This document shows positions 47,523-62,329 of a stretch of DNA of 64,000 bases, piece after piece. Within the stretch, counting starts at the first letter, position 1. Each line of letters starts with the position of its first letter. A program made the position numbers and the translations under genes. The notes under the pieces were generated by a model. It ran no database searches and had not been told where the DNA came from. It saw only the letters and a list, made by a program, of their open reading frames with translations. Origin of the DNA: the human T2T-CHM13v2.0 reference genome, Homo sapiens; assembly GCF_009914755.1 (NCBI RefSeq), contig NC_060929.1. The stretch is one strand, 5' to 3'.

Positions 47523-47740
47523 CAGAGGTCAACAAGATTTTTCTGCAAAGGACCAGATAGCAAATATTTGTACTATTATGTGCCATACAGTCTCTGTCTC
47601 AAGTATTCAACTCTGCCTTTGTAGGACAAAAATAACCATAAATTATATGTTACAAATTATGCAAGGTTGTGTTCTTAGAAAATTTTATTTACAAAAACAG
47701 TTTGGCTGGATTTTGTCAGCAGGCCATAGTTTACCACACT
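47523..47740. mobile_element. MER58A-like MITE
   Basis: CAGAGGTCAACAAG...AAAGGACCAGATAGCAAATAT...GGCCATAGTTTACC. Confidence 0.75.
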
Positions 47741-47984
47741 TAAATTATAATCCATCAAAATAAACTTTTTTAGAATGTGGAATATTAAGGTTCAGTCTCT
47801 GCATAAAAATCAACAACCAGAGGAGAGACTTGTGCACAACAGTATGAGGATCTCATGGACCCACTCCCTAGGGAAATGGGTTAAAATTATTTTTTGAAAG
47901 ACTCAACTGTATAGAGTTTCTGAAAATGGCCTAAAAGACATGTAGCAAATAAGAAATGTTTATTCCAGAAAATCTGTAAAAATC

Positions 47985-48713
47985 TGGCAGAGCAAAACCA
48001 AACACTGACATTGGCATTTGCAGCCAGAGAAAGTGAGGCATTTATTTCAGGACTCCAAGCACGGAGAATCAGGTAGGATGCTTAAGACCAGAATTCCTCA
48101 GTGGCCTACATGCAGGGGTTTTAAAGGCAAGGAGGCAGAGTTACAGGCAAAGCCATAACTCAATACATGGAGGCTATACATCTATTTGGTCTAAAGAGGT
48201 GGGGCATCTTGCAGCAAGGGGTCACACGTTATTGGGAGATTTAAAGATTCTCGGATTTGTGATTGGTTAAAGAAGCGAAGGTTTGTCTAAAAACTTGAGG
48301 TCAGCAGAAAGGAATATTATGCTCTGGACTTTGGGCATGACTGTCCAGGATCCGCAAGAAGAAGTTTAGAACAAAGAACAGTGCTCTAAGTTCAGTCTTC
48401 AGTTCTCACTTATCTGAAGTCTGTATGCCAACAGATAGCATTTTCCATTTTGTGGAGGTCTAGGTTTCTGAAAAACAATTCAGGAACATATGTTAAGGTG
48501 TTATCTTTAGTTTCTATAGGGAAGCAAACATTTTGTGACTCTAATTTCCTTCACTGTTGTTTTAAGCTACCTTCTTGTTTATCAAGTTGCTCATTTACTA
48601 CTCAAGGCTAGCTAGGTCCTTGGAATTTTCCTTGAAGGAACTCAAGATTTTCCTTTATTACCATGCTTATGGGGGCGTGGAAGGCCCCTAAAAAGGGTCT
48701 TTGCTCCATTTCA
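47985..48713 (-). mobile_element. ERV1 LTR (MER39/MER49-like)
   Basis: Minus strand starts TGAAATGGAGCAAAGACCCTTTTTAGGGGCC; TG..CA termini. Confidence 0.6.
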
Positions 48714-48733
48714 GGTTCATTGATGATAAAAGC

Positions 48734-49934
<1,201 letters not shown>

Positions 49935-50686
49935 AAGCAAAAGGCAACTGGAAGGTGATTAGTAGTTTCATTGGAGATATAAGGTAAACTGTAGGTCTGC
50001 TAGTTTGTTGGAGAGAACCAGAGGAAGAGGCAGCTGTGGGGAGATCACAAGGGGTCAGAATAAATCTCAATAACTGACGACAGGAACTATTCCTTCAAAG
50101 GAGCCCCTTTAGATTGATTTGGTCTGTGGAGCTATTTATGCCCTCAAGGCATTGCTGGAAACAACAGAACACTAACTAGAAGTTACTAGTGCTTGATAGT
50201 TAAGATGTGGTCAGGGAAAGACATAATCAAAAAGTGACCTAACCACAGCAACTGTCATCTAAAAGTGACTCTGAGAGTATCACAAAGGCTGGGCCCTGAT
50301 GGGCATCAGAGGCTTCACACTGGGGCTTGGGGGTTGTGGGGATGGATATAAATTCTGTTAAAACAATGCTGCTGGTCACTAAGCAAATAGCAATAACAAA
50401 GTATGGGCAGGGGGTGAGAACAGCACTCAGAGTTGCTACAGTTTATTACCTAAAATGTTGAGTTTTCAACAAAAAAATTATGAGACATGCAAAGACACAG
50501 AAAATTATGATGCTTATAGCAGGAAAAAAAAATCAGGCAACAAAACTGCCTGTGAGAGTAACCAGATGTGAGATTTCAATAGTAGCTATTATAAATATGT
50601 TCAAACAACTAAAGGAAATCATGATTTAAAAAGTAACATGAGATGACCATGTCACATCAAACAGAGGTTACAAATAAATAGAAACA

Positions 50687-50983
50687 GGCCAAGTGCAGTG
50701 GCCCATGACTATAATCTCCCAGCACTTGGAGATGCCAAGGCAGGAGGATTGCTTGAGCCCAGTTGTTCAAAACCAGCCTGGGCAACAAAGTGAGACCCTA
50801 TCTCTACAAAAATTTTAAAAATTAGCCAGACATGGTGGCATGCATCTGTAGTCCCAGCTACTCAGGAGGCTGAGGGAGGAGGATCACTTGAGCCAGGGAG
50901 GTTGAGGCTGCAGTGTGCTATGATCTCACCACTGCTTTCTAGCATGGGTGACAGAGCAAGACCTTGCCTCTAGGGAAATAAAA
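50687..50983 (+). mobile_element. AluJ
   Basis: GGAGGATTGCTTGAGCCCAG, GAGGCTGCAGTG. Confidence 0.9.
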
Positions 50984-51293
50984 ACAGAAATAGAAATAAT
51001 AAAAGAGAACCCAATGAAAATAATGGAATTTTCAATAAAGTATAATTTACATGAAAAATTCATACAGGGGCTCAACAGTAGATTTCAACTGATAGAAGAA
51101 AGAATTTACAAACTCAAGCATATATCAATAGATTCTACAATCCAAAAAATAGAAAGAAAAATAAACCAGGAAGAATGAACAGAGCCACAGAGAAATGTGA
51201 AAAACATAGGGCAATGACGTATGTATAGTGGAGGTACTAGAAAGAGAAGAGAGAGAAAAAGGAGCAAAAAATATTCAAAGAAACAAGGGCTGA

Positions 51294-51590
51294 AGCTGGG
51301 CGTGGTGGCTCACACCTGTAATCCCAGCATGTTGGGAGCCCAAGGTGGGCAGATCACTTGAGGCCAGGAGTTCAAGACCAGCCTGGCCAACGTGGTGAAA
51401 CCCAATCTCTACTAAAAATACAAAAACTAATTGTGCATGGTGGCATACGCCTGTAATTCCAGCTACTTGGGAGGCTGAGGCACGAGAGTCGCTTGAGCCT
51501 GGGAGGCTGAGATTGCAGTGAGCCAAGATCACACCCATTGTACTCCAGCCTGGAGGACAGAGTGAAAATGTCTCAAAAAAAAAAAAAAAA
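51294..51590 (+). mobile_element. AluS
   Basis: Dimeric Alu with A-tail. Confidence 0.9.
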
Positions 51591-51709
51591 GGAAAGGAAA
51601 GGAAATGAAGGGGAGGGGAAGGGAGGGGAAGGAGGAAGGGAAGGGAAGGGAGGTGAAAGAGAGAGAGAGAGAGAAAAGGAAAAGAAAAGAAAACAAAAGA
51701 AAGAAAAGG
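51576..51709. repeat. Polypurine (GA-rich) tract derived from the Alu tail
   Basis: ~130 nt almost pure A/G. Confidence 0.92.
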
Positions 51710-53121
51710 TTGAACACTGAAGAAATTTATTTATTGAAAGGCAATCTGGACAACCAGGAAGCTCAATAACTCTAAGCAGGAATAGTGTAAAGAAATCCAC
51801 ACAAAGACACATCGTGATAAAAATAATGAAAGTCAAAGATCAAGAGACAATCTGCAAAATATCAAGAGAAAAATGACTTGTCACTTACAAGGGAAGCTTA
51901 GTGATATTAAGAGCTTACTTGTCAGCAGAAATAGTGGAAAACATAAGATAGTGGTATAACATATTCAAAGTATTCAAAAAACAAGGTCAATCATGAATCC
52001 TACACCCAACAAAGCTGTCTTTCAAAAATGAAAGCAAAATAAAGACAGACCTTCCCCAAGAAACAAAACTGAAAATGTTTACTGTTGTCAGACTTGCTAT
52101 ATAAGAAATAATAAAGGGAGTTCTTCAGGCTGGAACTAAATTACCCAGACAGTAATTGTCAGAAAATATTTGTAAAACATACCTCTCATAAGGTACTTGT
52201 ATCTAGAATATATAAAGAACTATTATAAGTTGGTTATTAAAATATTAATAACCTAATTTAAAGTGGGCAAAAGATCTGAATGGACATTTTTCCGAAGAAG
52301 ATATGTAAATGACCAATGAGCACATACAAAGATATTCAACATAATTATTCATCAGGGAAATTCACATCAAAACCAATGAGATACCACTTCATGTGGACAA
52401 GAATGGCTTGTGAGAATGGCCACTAATCAAAAAGTGACATAATAACAAATGTTGGCAAGGATGTGGAGAAATTAGAACCTTCATAGACTGCTGGTGGGGA
52501 TGCAGAATGACGTAGCCACTTTGAAAAACAGTCTGTCAGTACCTCAAAAATTAAACATAGAGTTGCCATATGGCATGCAATTCAACTGGTATGTATATAT
52601 CCAACAAAAGTGAAAACATGTGTCTTCACAAAAATGTGTATGGGAATGTTTCTAGCAGCATTATTCATAATAACTAAAGGTGAAAGCAACTCAAATGCCC
52701 ATCAGCTGGTGACTAGATGAACAAAACATGGTATATCCAAACAATGGAATCTAATTCAGCCACAAAAAGAAATGCAGTACCAATATGAGGTACAAAATAG
52801 ATGAACTTCAAAAACATTATACTAAATGAAAAAAGCCTGCCACAAATGGCCATTTATTATATGATTCCATTTACATGAAATGCAGCGCAAATACAGACCA
52901 TTTCCTTTATTGTGGAAAGTTGTATTGGACAGAGCTGTTCTGCCTGATAGTAAGGGAAAAGGTGGTTTCTTTTAGGCTTAAATAGTTTCTAAAATTAAAT
53001 CTTGTAAGAGCTGGCATCAAACCAGTAGACATTAAATTCTTAGGCAAGAAGCTAGGATATAGATTTTTTGGTACAGATTAGAGACAGATCTGCATAACTG
53101 AAAAATCAACTGAGGAGATGG

Positions 53122-54245
53122 GTATGTTAGTTTTTTATTGCTTCAGTGACATACTACTACGCCTTTAATAGCTTAAAACAACACAGATTTATTATCTTAT
53201 TAGTTCTATAGGTTGGAAGTCCAGCCTAGGGCTCATTGGGCTCCAATTTAAATATTGGGCTTCTTTGAGAAAATACCAAATGATAGATGTTCCTAGTGCT
53301 GCCTGAGGGCCCCCCCACACCCGGATGTCCTGGAAAAAGAAGCCTTGGTTTCCACAGAGGTTTCTGCGGCAGCATTTGGTCCAAGTCTCAGATCTTGTGA
53401 AGGAATTAAAGACAAGGGATGCCTTCCTATCACCAAGCTGTGCCACCTGGATCAAGTCCACAAGGGAGATCTTTCTGTTTTCCCTACCCATTCAGTAGTC
53501 TGAGATCATCTACTATTTCCTGGGAATATTCCTCAAAGACAAGGTTTTAAAGATTACACCCCTGCAAAAGCAGATTCATGCTGTCCAGCTGACCAGGAAC
53601 AATGCATTTTTCACTATCTTGGACTATAAGCAACATATCATCTGTGTGTGAAGTGCTCCAAGGAAGTAGCCACTGCCATCAATGAGACCGTCATCCTTGC
53701 ACAGCTCTCTGTAAGTCCCATGCAGTGAAGCTACTGGAGGAACAAGATTGGCAAACTCCACATTGTCCCTTGAAAGGTAATAGGCAGCTGTAACTCTGTG
53801 CTGGTACTCCTCACCCCTGCCACCAAAGAAGCTGCTAATAATGGCCGGTATCCTCAACTACTACATTTTAGCCACGGGATTGCAATACCACCCTGGGCAA
53901 CTTCACCAAAGCCACCTTTGATGCCATCTACAAGACCTATAGTTATCTCACTCCAATCTCTGGGAAGCCTCTGTCTGCTTAACAAGAATTCACTGACCCA
54001 CACCAGAGTGTCCATGCAGAGGATTCAGGCTCTGGCTGTGACCACCACACTAATGTCTTTATACAAGAAAAATAAGGTGATTTAATTAAGCCATTAAAAA
54101 TTGCTGGTAGTGCTTTATTTTTTCTGGAGTATATAGGTTAAGATATCCAGATCCTAATACTTAAGACCTTTGAATGTTACTTTGTATGACGAAAGGAACT
54201 TTGCAAATGTTATTAAGTTAAGGATCTTGAGATGGGAATATTATC
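53122..54245. mobile_element. MLT1D-like LTR pieces hosting the RPS2 pseudogene
   Basis: Minus-strand LTR 3' end at 53122-53259 resumes at 54100-54137; a plus-oriented LTR 5' piece follows at 54138-54245. Confidence 0.65.
53260..54100 (+). pseudogene. Processed pseudogene of ribosomal protein S2 (RPS2/uS5), near full length, heavily decayed
   Basis: Intronless; 5' pyrimidine start CTTCTTT...ACCAAATG (ATG 53280); recognisable blocks AAGTGCTCCAAGGAAGTAGCCACTGCCATC (KCSKEVATAI), TACTGGAGGAACAAGATTGGCAAA, ACCCTGGGCAACTTCACCAAAGCCACCTTTGATGCCATC, HTRVSMQRIQALAVTT; RPS2-like 3' UTR TTTATACAAGAAAAATAAG and a short A-run; frameshifts and stops. Pseudogene number not determined. Confidence 0.93.
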
Positions 54246-55399
54246 AATAATAATCAAAGACAGGAGACAGTGCAGACTGTACTTCTGTAGTGTTTGGATG
54301 TTGGGACTTACATAGAGAATAGAAAGGAGCCAGAGAGAAATTCAGGGTCAAGAGATTGGAGAGATTTGAAGATTTTTAAGGTAGACTCACTCATTTAATA
54401 TAAATGTTAATGAATTAACTCATTAGCATTTAATAATTTGACAAATATTTAAGTGTTCACTATAGGCAAGTCAGTGGTGTGTGCAAGAGATGCAACCATG
54501 CATGAGGTATTCACTCTACCCTCAAGGAGTTTACTATCTGAGGAGAATGCACCAGAAGAAACTGACTAGGGACAAGTAAGAGAACTGTTAGGCAGCATCA
54601 ATGATCCAGCTCAATTTACAGTGGCAGCAATCTATGTGCAAATGAGGCTGTTGTGCCGCAGAGTTCACCACCTGAATGGCAGGGCAAAGAAACATTGATT
54701 GAAGATTTGCTGGATTTTACGGGTTAAAAGGATATGGAACTGAGAGTGCTGAAAAGATAAGGAACTGAGGGTTTTGGCTTAAGTGATCAATCATGTGACT
54801 CAAGCTACAAAAAGAGGGAACAGAGGCCAGAAGGGAGTTAAAAAGATTGGGAGAAAATGTTGCCAAAAGGTTTTCTAGATGAAAGATCTCTTATGGTATG
54901 AGATCATGAGAGAAGATGCAGTCAGAGATTGGGCTCTAGAGTTTAAGATTTCTGAGATCCACAGCATGGCTTGCTGGCTACAAGGACATTGGACTGTCTT
55001 AGGATTATGGCAGGATTTAGGGTAAAGATAAATAATTTAACCCCAGATTCACTGGCTTTACTGGATATGAGCAAGGAATCCAGAAGTGTAGTCAGGGAGC
55101 TTGACCTCATAGCCGATAAAGCATGGATTAATAGGTGTTCGCTGGACCAAATTTCCATCTAATTTTGAAAATATGGAGGCATCTTGTAATGTTGGAGCAA
55201 AAGTTACAGGAAGTAGAGTGAAAGGTGGGAGGAGGGTGGTTGTTGGAAAGAATCTTGGGAGAGGGAGTTCAGGATAGTAAGGAGATGAAGGCATGAAAGC
55301 AGGTTGGAGACTGTAAAGCTTCCACTGTATGAAGGCTGTAGGGCTAAGAAATATGCTTATAATTGACAGACTTCAAAGGATTTAACCTGGGCATAAGTT

Positions 55400-55705
55400 G
55401 TGTTTTTTGTTGCTGTTGTTGTTTTTGAGACAAGGTCTCACTCTATGTGTAGGCTAAGGTGCAGTGGTACCATCTTAGCTCACTGCAGCCTCAAACTTCT
55501 GGGATCAAGCAATCCTACCACCTTAGCTTCCCAGGTAGCTAGGTCTACAGGCATGCGCCACCACACTGGCTAATTTTTTAATTTTCTGTTTTGACAAATT
55601 CTTGCTATGTTGCCCAGGCTGGTCTAGAACTCTAGGGCTCGAGCAATTATCTCACCTCGTCCTGCCAAAATGCTGGGATTACAGGCAGAAGCCACCATGC
55701 CCATT
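55400..55705 (-). mobile_element. AluJ
   Basis: GAGACAAGGTCTCACTCT, CACTGCAGCCTC; TSD CATAARTTG. Confidence 0.88.
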
Positions 55706-56699
55706 CATAAATTGTTTTAAGCCGGAGACAATTATATTATTAAAGCCAATAAAGTAAAAGGAGGAAACTTTCTAGTTTGAATACAAGAAAGAGTATTTAA
55801 TTCAGGCAGTTCTCTGATATTGTATTACATGACCTCTTTATTTTTATCAATTAATTGAAGATACAAACTAAAATTTATAAATGTTGTGCATGGCCAAACT
55901 ACATTAATGCTGTCTTTAAATCTCCAAAGTTAATATGATCAACATTGTGCAATGGAATGGAGAGAACTTTGACTTCAACAGATTAAGAATTTAGAAAGTA
56001 GGTGATGGAGTTTTCTTGTTAATAGGCACAAAGCAGTGTTCTTGGGCTTTAACTTTGTGCTAAATTAATGGCCAATTCCTACTGATTTTACCTCTTAATA
56101 ATATTTATTTTATCATGTCCCTCTTGCCCTCCTATGCTGATACTATCCTTGTTTAGGCCATCATCCTCTCTCTCCCGGATTACTTTAAAAGCCTCCCCAC
56201 TGGTCTCCCTCTCTTTAGACTTAAACCTACTAGTTCATCTTCCTTACCACCAGTGTATCTTTCAGACATCTAACCTTGTCATTATCCTACTGAAAGCCAT
56301 TCCAGTCTCTCCACTGTCTACAGCTGAGAGTACAAACTCTTTATCATGGCATCACATCGGCTCTATAATGTGTCCCCTATCAACTTTTTCAATTTAACTT
56401 TTTTCCTTGCTGCCAGTAGGTTCCCATCTAATCAAATGCAGTATATCCTATTTTTTAAAACAGTAATCCTCCATTAAAAAAATTACTAGATATCTGTCTA
56501 AAGTATATGCCTGTTCTGTGCTTGACAAATTAGTTTCAGAGTAATTAATCTTAAATGGGTTGGCATTTATACATGGTTATTCCACTATTGACAACTGGAT
56601 TATTTTAGGAATTACATACAGTTATATTGGAGCTACAACCTTTGAATTTGTGCATAGGAATTGCTATGGATGAAGTTTCAGATGCCCAGTATGGGACAC

Positions 56700-58199
56700 A
56701 TTTTTTAACAGCTTTATTGAGATATAATTCACATCCCATATAACTCATTCATTTAAAGTATACATTTCAATGGTTTTAGGATATTCACATATATTGCAAC
56801 AATCACAATTTTATTTTATTTTTTATTATTTTTTAATTTTTCACATCCTCATGAGGCATCTGACATCACCACAATTTCAGAATATCTTACCCTCTCCTCA
56901 AAAAAACCCTGTGTCCTTTAGCCATCATCTTCGTATACCCCATCTACCTTAACGCAGAGCAAGCATTAATCTACTCTCTGTCTCTATGGAATTTGCATAT
57001 CATGGGCATCTAATATAAATGGAATCATATGACATGGTCTCTTGTGTATGGCTTTTTCACATACCATAATGTATTTAATATTTAGATTCTAGCATGTGTC
57101 AGTACTTCATTTGTATAACAATAATATTTTATTGTATGGTTATATCACATTTTGCTTCTCAGTTCATTGACATTGAGGTTGTTTCCAACTTTTGGCTATT
57201 ATGAATAATACTGCCATGAACATTTGTGTAAAAATTTTTGTGTAGCTATATATTTGAATATCTCTTCAGTATATAGCTAGGAATGGAATTGCTGCATGTC
57301 TGAGTCTGGGTTGCTATAACAAAATACAATAAACTGGGTGGTTTACAAAAAGCCCAGAAATTTGTTTCTCACAGTTTTGGAGGCTGGAAAGCCTAAGATC
57401 AAGGCATTGGCAGATTCCATGTCTGGTTAGGGCCCTCTTATTAGACAATCGTCTTTTATCTGTGTCCTCACATAGTGGAGAGTTTGAGAGATCTCTCTGA
57501 GGCCTCTTTTATAATCCTATTCATGGGGGCTCCACCCTGGTGACCTAGTCACCTCCAAATGCCACACTTCTTAACACTATCATCTTGGGGATTAGGATTT
57601 CAACATATGAATCTGCTTCAGGGCCAGTGGGGGCACATAAACATTCAACCCATTGCACTGGGTCATATGATTACTCTATAACTAACGTTTTGAGGAACTT
57701 CCAGCTGTTTTTCAAAATGGCTGCACCATTTTACCCCACCAGCAGTGTATTAGAGTTCCAATTTCTCCACATTGTTGTCAACGTGTTTTTTTACCTGAGT
57801 TTTTTATTATAGCCATCCTAGTGGATATGAAGTGGTATCTTATTGTGGTCTTGATTTGCATTTCCCTAACGCCTAATGATGTTAAACGTCGTTCCATGTG
57901 CAAATTGGCTATTTTTTTTTTTCAATGGAGAACTACTTATTCAAATCCTCTGCATGTTTTTAATTGGATTATTATATTTCTACTATTTCATTGTAGGAAT
58001 TCCTTGCATATTCTGGATACTAGTCTCTTATCATGTATATGCTTTGCAAATATTTTCTCCTATTCTGCAAGTTGTCTTTTTACTTTCTTGATAGTGTCCT
58101 TTGAAGCACTGAAGTTCTTAATTTTTAGTAAGTTTAATTTATCTATGTTTTCTTTTGTTGCTGCTTTTTTTTTCTTGGTGTCATAGCTAGGAAACCATT
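56700..58199 (-). mobile_element. L1MB-type 3' end interrupted by a MaLR LTR (57297-57657)
   Basis: TTTTAACAGCTTTATTGAGATATAATTCAC start; L1 GGAATTGCTG resumes as CTGGGTCATATG after the LTR. Confidence 0.82.
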
Positions 58200-58235
58200 T
58201 ATGCTATTATTTCTTCAAATATTCTTTTGACTTAG

Positions 58236-58728
58236 CTGCCACTTTGATTTCAGATTTCTTACTGCCAGAGCTGTGAGCAAATAAATTTCTGTTGTTTTTA
58301 AGCAACATAGTTTGTGGTATTTTTTTTTTCTTACAGCAGCCACAAGAAACTACCTCTGTTGGCCTCATCACCTTCTCTTTCTCATTTTTCCCCAAGGAAG
58401 AAATAGGTCATCTGATTGAGTGTGGCTCTAGGGAGTATCCCTTCATTCCCCTCCCCTACCTGCCAGTGGCTGTCATCAATCTGTGGTATTCCTTGGTGCA
58501 TCACTCTAATCATTGCCTCCATCTTATATCTGTGTCTTCTCTTCTGTCCCTTCTAAAGATATTTGCCATTGGATTTAGGACTCACCTAGATAATCCAGGA
58601 TGATCTTATTTCAAGATAATTAAATTAGTTACATCTGCAAAGACCCTTTTCCTATATAAGGCCACATCCACAGGTTCTGGGGTTTACGACATGGACATAT
58701 CTTTTTGGAGGCCACCATTCAACCACCG
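58236..58728. mobile_element. MLT1C-like LTR in two oppositely oriented pieces
   Basis: 3' end on plus (58236-58353), remainder on minus (58424-58728). Confidence 0.65.
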
Positions 58729-58916
58729 CAATTACTCTCATGGTGGTCTCTCCATATGGAAACATGGGGGAAGGGAGAAAAGTTCTACTTTAACTTATGC
58801 TTAGTGTAGCATTTGTAAAAAATAAAAGAAAATTAAAAAATTAAAAGTCATCTATATGTGCACCCATTGTATGAGTTTATTATTCATAATTAATATTCTC
58901 TCAAATTTTGGATTCA

Positions 58917-59232
<316 letters not shown>

Positions 59233-59606
59233 AAACCAAAACTAAAGCTCTACTCTGTGTACTGTTATACTTATTTTTATTTAATAAGAAATTATGATAA
59301 TCTTAATCTGTCAATAGATATGGAGATAAAACATAATTTTTAATGCCTACAGCATATCCTGTTGCATAAATATACCAAAACTTATTGAATCAATCTCCTC
59401 TGACAGATATCTGTGTTATTTCCAAATGTTCACAATTATGAACAAAATTGTGGTGAACCTCCTTGTTTTATTGAGCTTTACACACTTCTCCAGCTGTTGT
59501 CTTAGGATAAATAACTGGATCAGTTATTTTTAAAGGCTTTAATACATAATTCATCCTTCAGTAGTTTGTATAAAAGTATATTCCTAACAACAGTGTATGA
59601 GACTGA

Positions 59607-59968
<362 letters not shown>

Positions 59969-60466
59969 TACCCATCTTTTAAATTGAGTATATTCTAGTT
60001 AGGATTTTTGCAAATATATTCATGATATTTGTTTGTTGTGTCTCCTTTTGTATCATTTTTGTCACAAAGCTTGGTGTTTACCATAGAGGGCTAAAAATTA
60101 GAATCACACTCATAGCTAGAGAGAAATACTTTATTAGGAGCCTGGTAAATATGAAAGAGTCTTAACGTCAGGACTCAGTGCTCCTTGGTAGTTCAAACAG
60201 ACAAGACTGGCTTAGCCTGATAGAGCCAGAAGAAATGTAGCAGAGTCTGGAGAGATTGAGCAAAGATGGCAAGGAAGAAGTTATGGGGGTAAGGGTGATT
60301 TTATTATGTTTCAATATTTTACAGTTCACTTAAACTTTGAACTAAATAAAATGCATTAACAAACATGAAGTTTCTACATTTGACCACGACATTAACTAGG
60401 GAAAGAGAACATAAAGGAAAACAAGAAAAAGACTTTGAAGTATTGGAAACACACTCCACTAAAATG

Positions 60467-60783
60467 TTTTTATTTTTTATTTTTATTTATTTATGTTTTG
60501 GGACAGAGTCTCTCTCTGTAACCCAGACAGGAGTGCAGTGGTGCGATCTCGGTTCACTGAAATGGCCACCTCCTGGGTTCAAGCAATTCTCCTGCCTCAG
60601 CCTCCTGAGCAGCTGTCACTGCAGTCATGTGCCACCATGCCTGGCTAATTTTTTTGTATTTTTAGTAGAGAAGGGGTTTCACTATGTTGGCCAGGCTGGT
60701 TTTGAACCCCTGACCTCAGGTGATCTGCCTGCCTACATCTCCCAAAGTGCTGGGATTACAGGCATGAGCCATTATACCTGGCC
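60467..60783 (-). mobile_element. AluS
   Basis: TSD TAAAATGTTTT on both sides. Confidence 0.9.
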
Positions 60784-62329
60784 TAAAATGTTTTCAATAG
60801 CCACATTTATGGAGAGGGAACAGATAAAGCTGTGGTTGTAATAAAAGGGCCTTTTGAATATTTGACTCTAAATGTTTATTTTAAAAAGGAACCCTTGATT
60901 CAAATGGCGATCCAAGATCACTTCGAAATCATGAGCAAGATCTCCCAGACCCAAATCTCATGGCTAGAAAATGGATGACCTGATTACATAGATCCTAAGA
61001 TGTCTTTTATAAAAACCTGAGAAGAACAGTGGACCTGAGAGTAAAACACTTCTGCAGAGATAATTTGTAGATCCACAGTCAAAATATTTCAGCTGTGCCT
61101 TTGTCTGTTGCCCACATGTCCAGGTAATTCTTTTAAGTAGTTTAAGAATGGTAAATTACACATTTTCTAGGAGACTGAAAATTCCTAATCAAAGGTTAAT
61201 TATTTTTTGAAAATTATTTTTTGAAAAGTTTAGTAAAATCTTCTGAAGGCTTCATTTAGTTCTACATCTTGTAGAAGATTCAGAAGGCATCAGGTGTAAC
61301 CTTCTGCTCTTTTCTCTATCCATTGCTGGCTCCCTACTTTCATTTTGAATTTATCCCTATTTCCCTATTTTTCCCCCTTTGTGTACAGATACGATCATTC
61401 TCCACCCTACCTTCCAGCACTTGCCCCTCTTCAACTACCACCTTCTCCATCCCTTGTTGAGAAAGCCTTCTCTCAACTTCTTGTTTATACTTAGATTCTT
61501 TTTTTCCTCACCTACAATTCCCACACTATTGAATAATTGTCTACTCCCACAGACCACATCATATCCCCTTGCCATCTTGCTTGTTGACAAGAGTGCATAT
61601 GTGCCAGGCACTGTATGAGGCACCAAGGACACAAAATACATGATTCCTGTCCTCTATATTTAGGGTGAATTGTCAGAAGAAACTGGTATTACAAAGGTCA
61701 GTTAGAGAGTCATTGTGGTCAATCACTTATAAATCACAATACACTTTTTCTCTATTTTTAGTATTTTTCTATTACATATAAAAAACTACCTTCCATGAGA
61801 AACAATAGGATGGAGATTATTCAAGATATAGTGTGTCAAACTGAGAAATGAATACACAGAGTTAACGATTTGTTTGACCAGAGGCAAGAAAGCATTCACA
61901 GAATGCAAAGTGAAGTTAGACTTGCTGACTGAGTGCTTTGAAACTCCCGATTGAGAGGATGAACCTCATGCACAATTAGCGCCTTAAGGGAAGGTCTTGA
62001 GATGAAAGAAAAATGAAAATAGTTTTGTGGCCGCAGAATTTACTACCACTGGACGCAAGATGTCTAAAGTACTTTAAATGTGAACTCCAAGGGAGGTCAG
62101 AGATAAATTCGACTGCTAAAAATCAGATTTACAAAAGCAATATTCAACCATGTAGACTGGCAACTCCACTAGTGTTTGGAGCTCCCCATCCAGATGTACA
62201 ACAAACTCTTGGAGACTTGGATGTGTTACACAGGGGGCCGGTCGGGTTTCCATTTAGGACCAGGAGATTATAATCACTTTATTTTAGCAACCTCCTTACT
62301 ACAAGGCCAAAACTGACAGTCCTCTCTCC

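Noticed and set aside
54401-54432. 13-bp AT-rich hairpin as a pre-miRNA or other structured RNA
   Set aside because: Too short and weak, and it lies at an L2 end.
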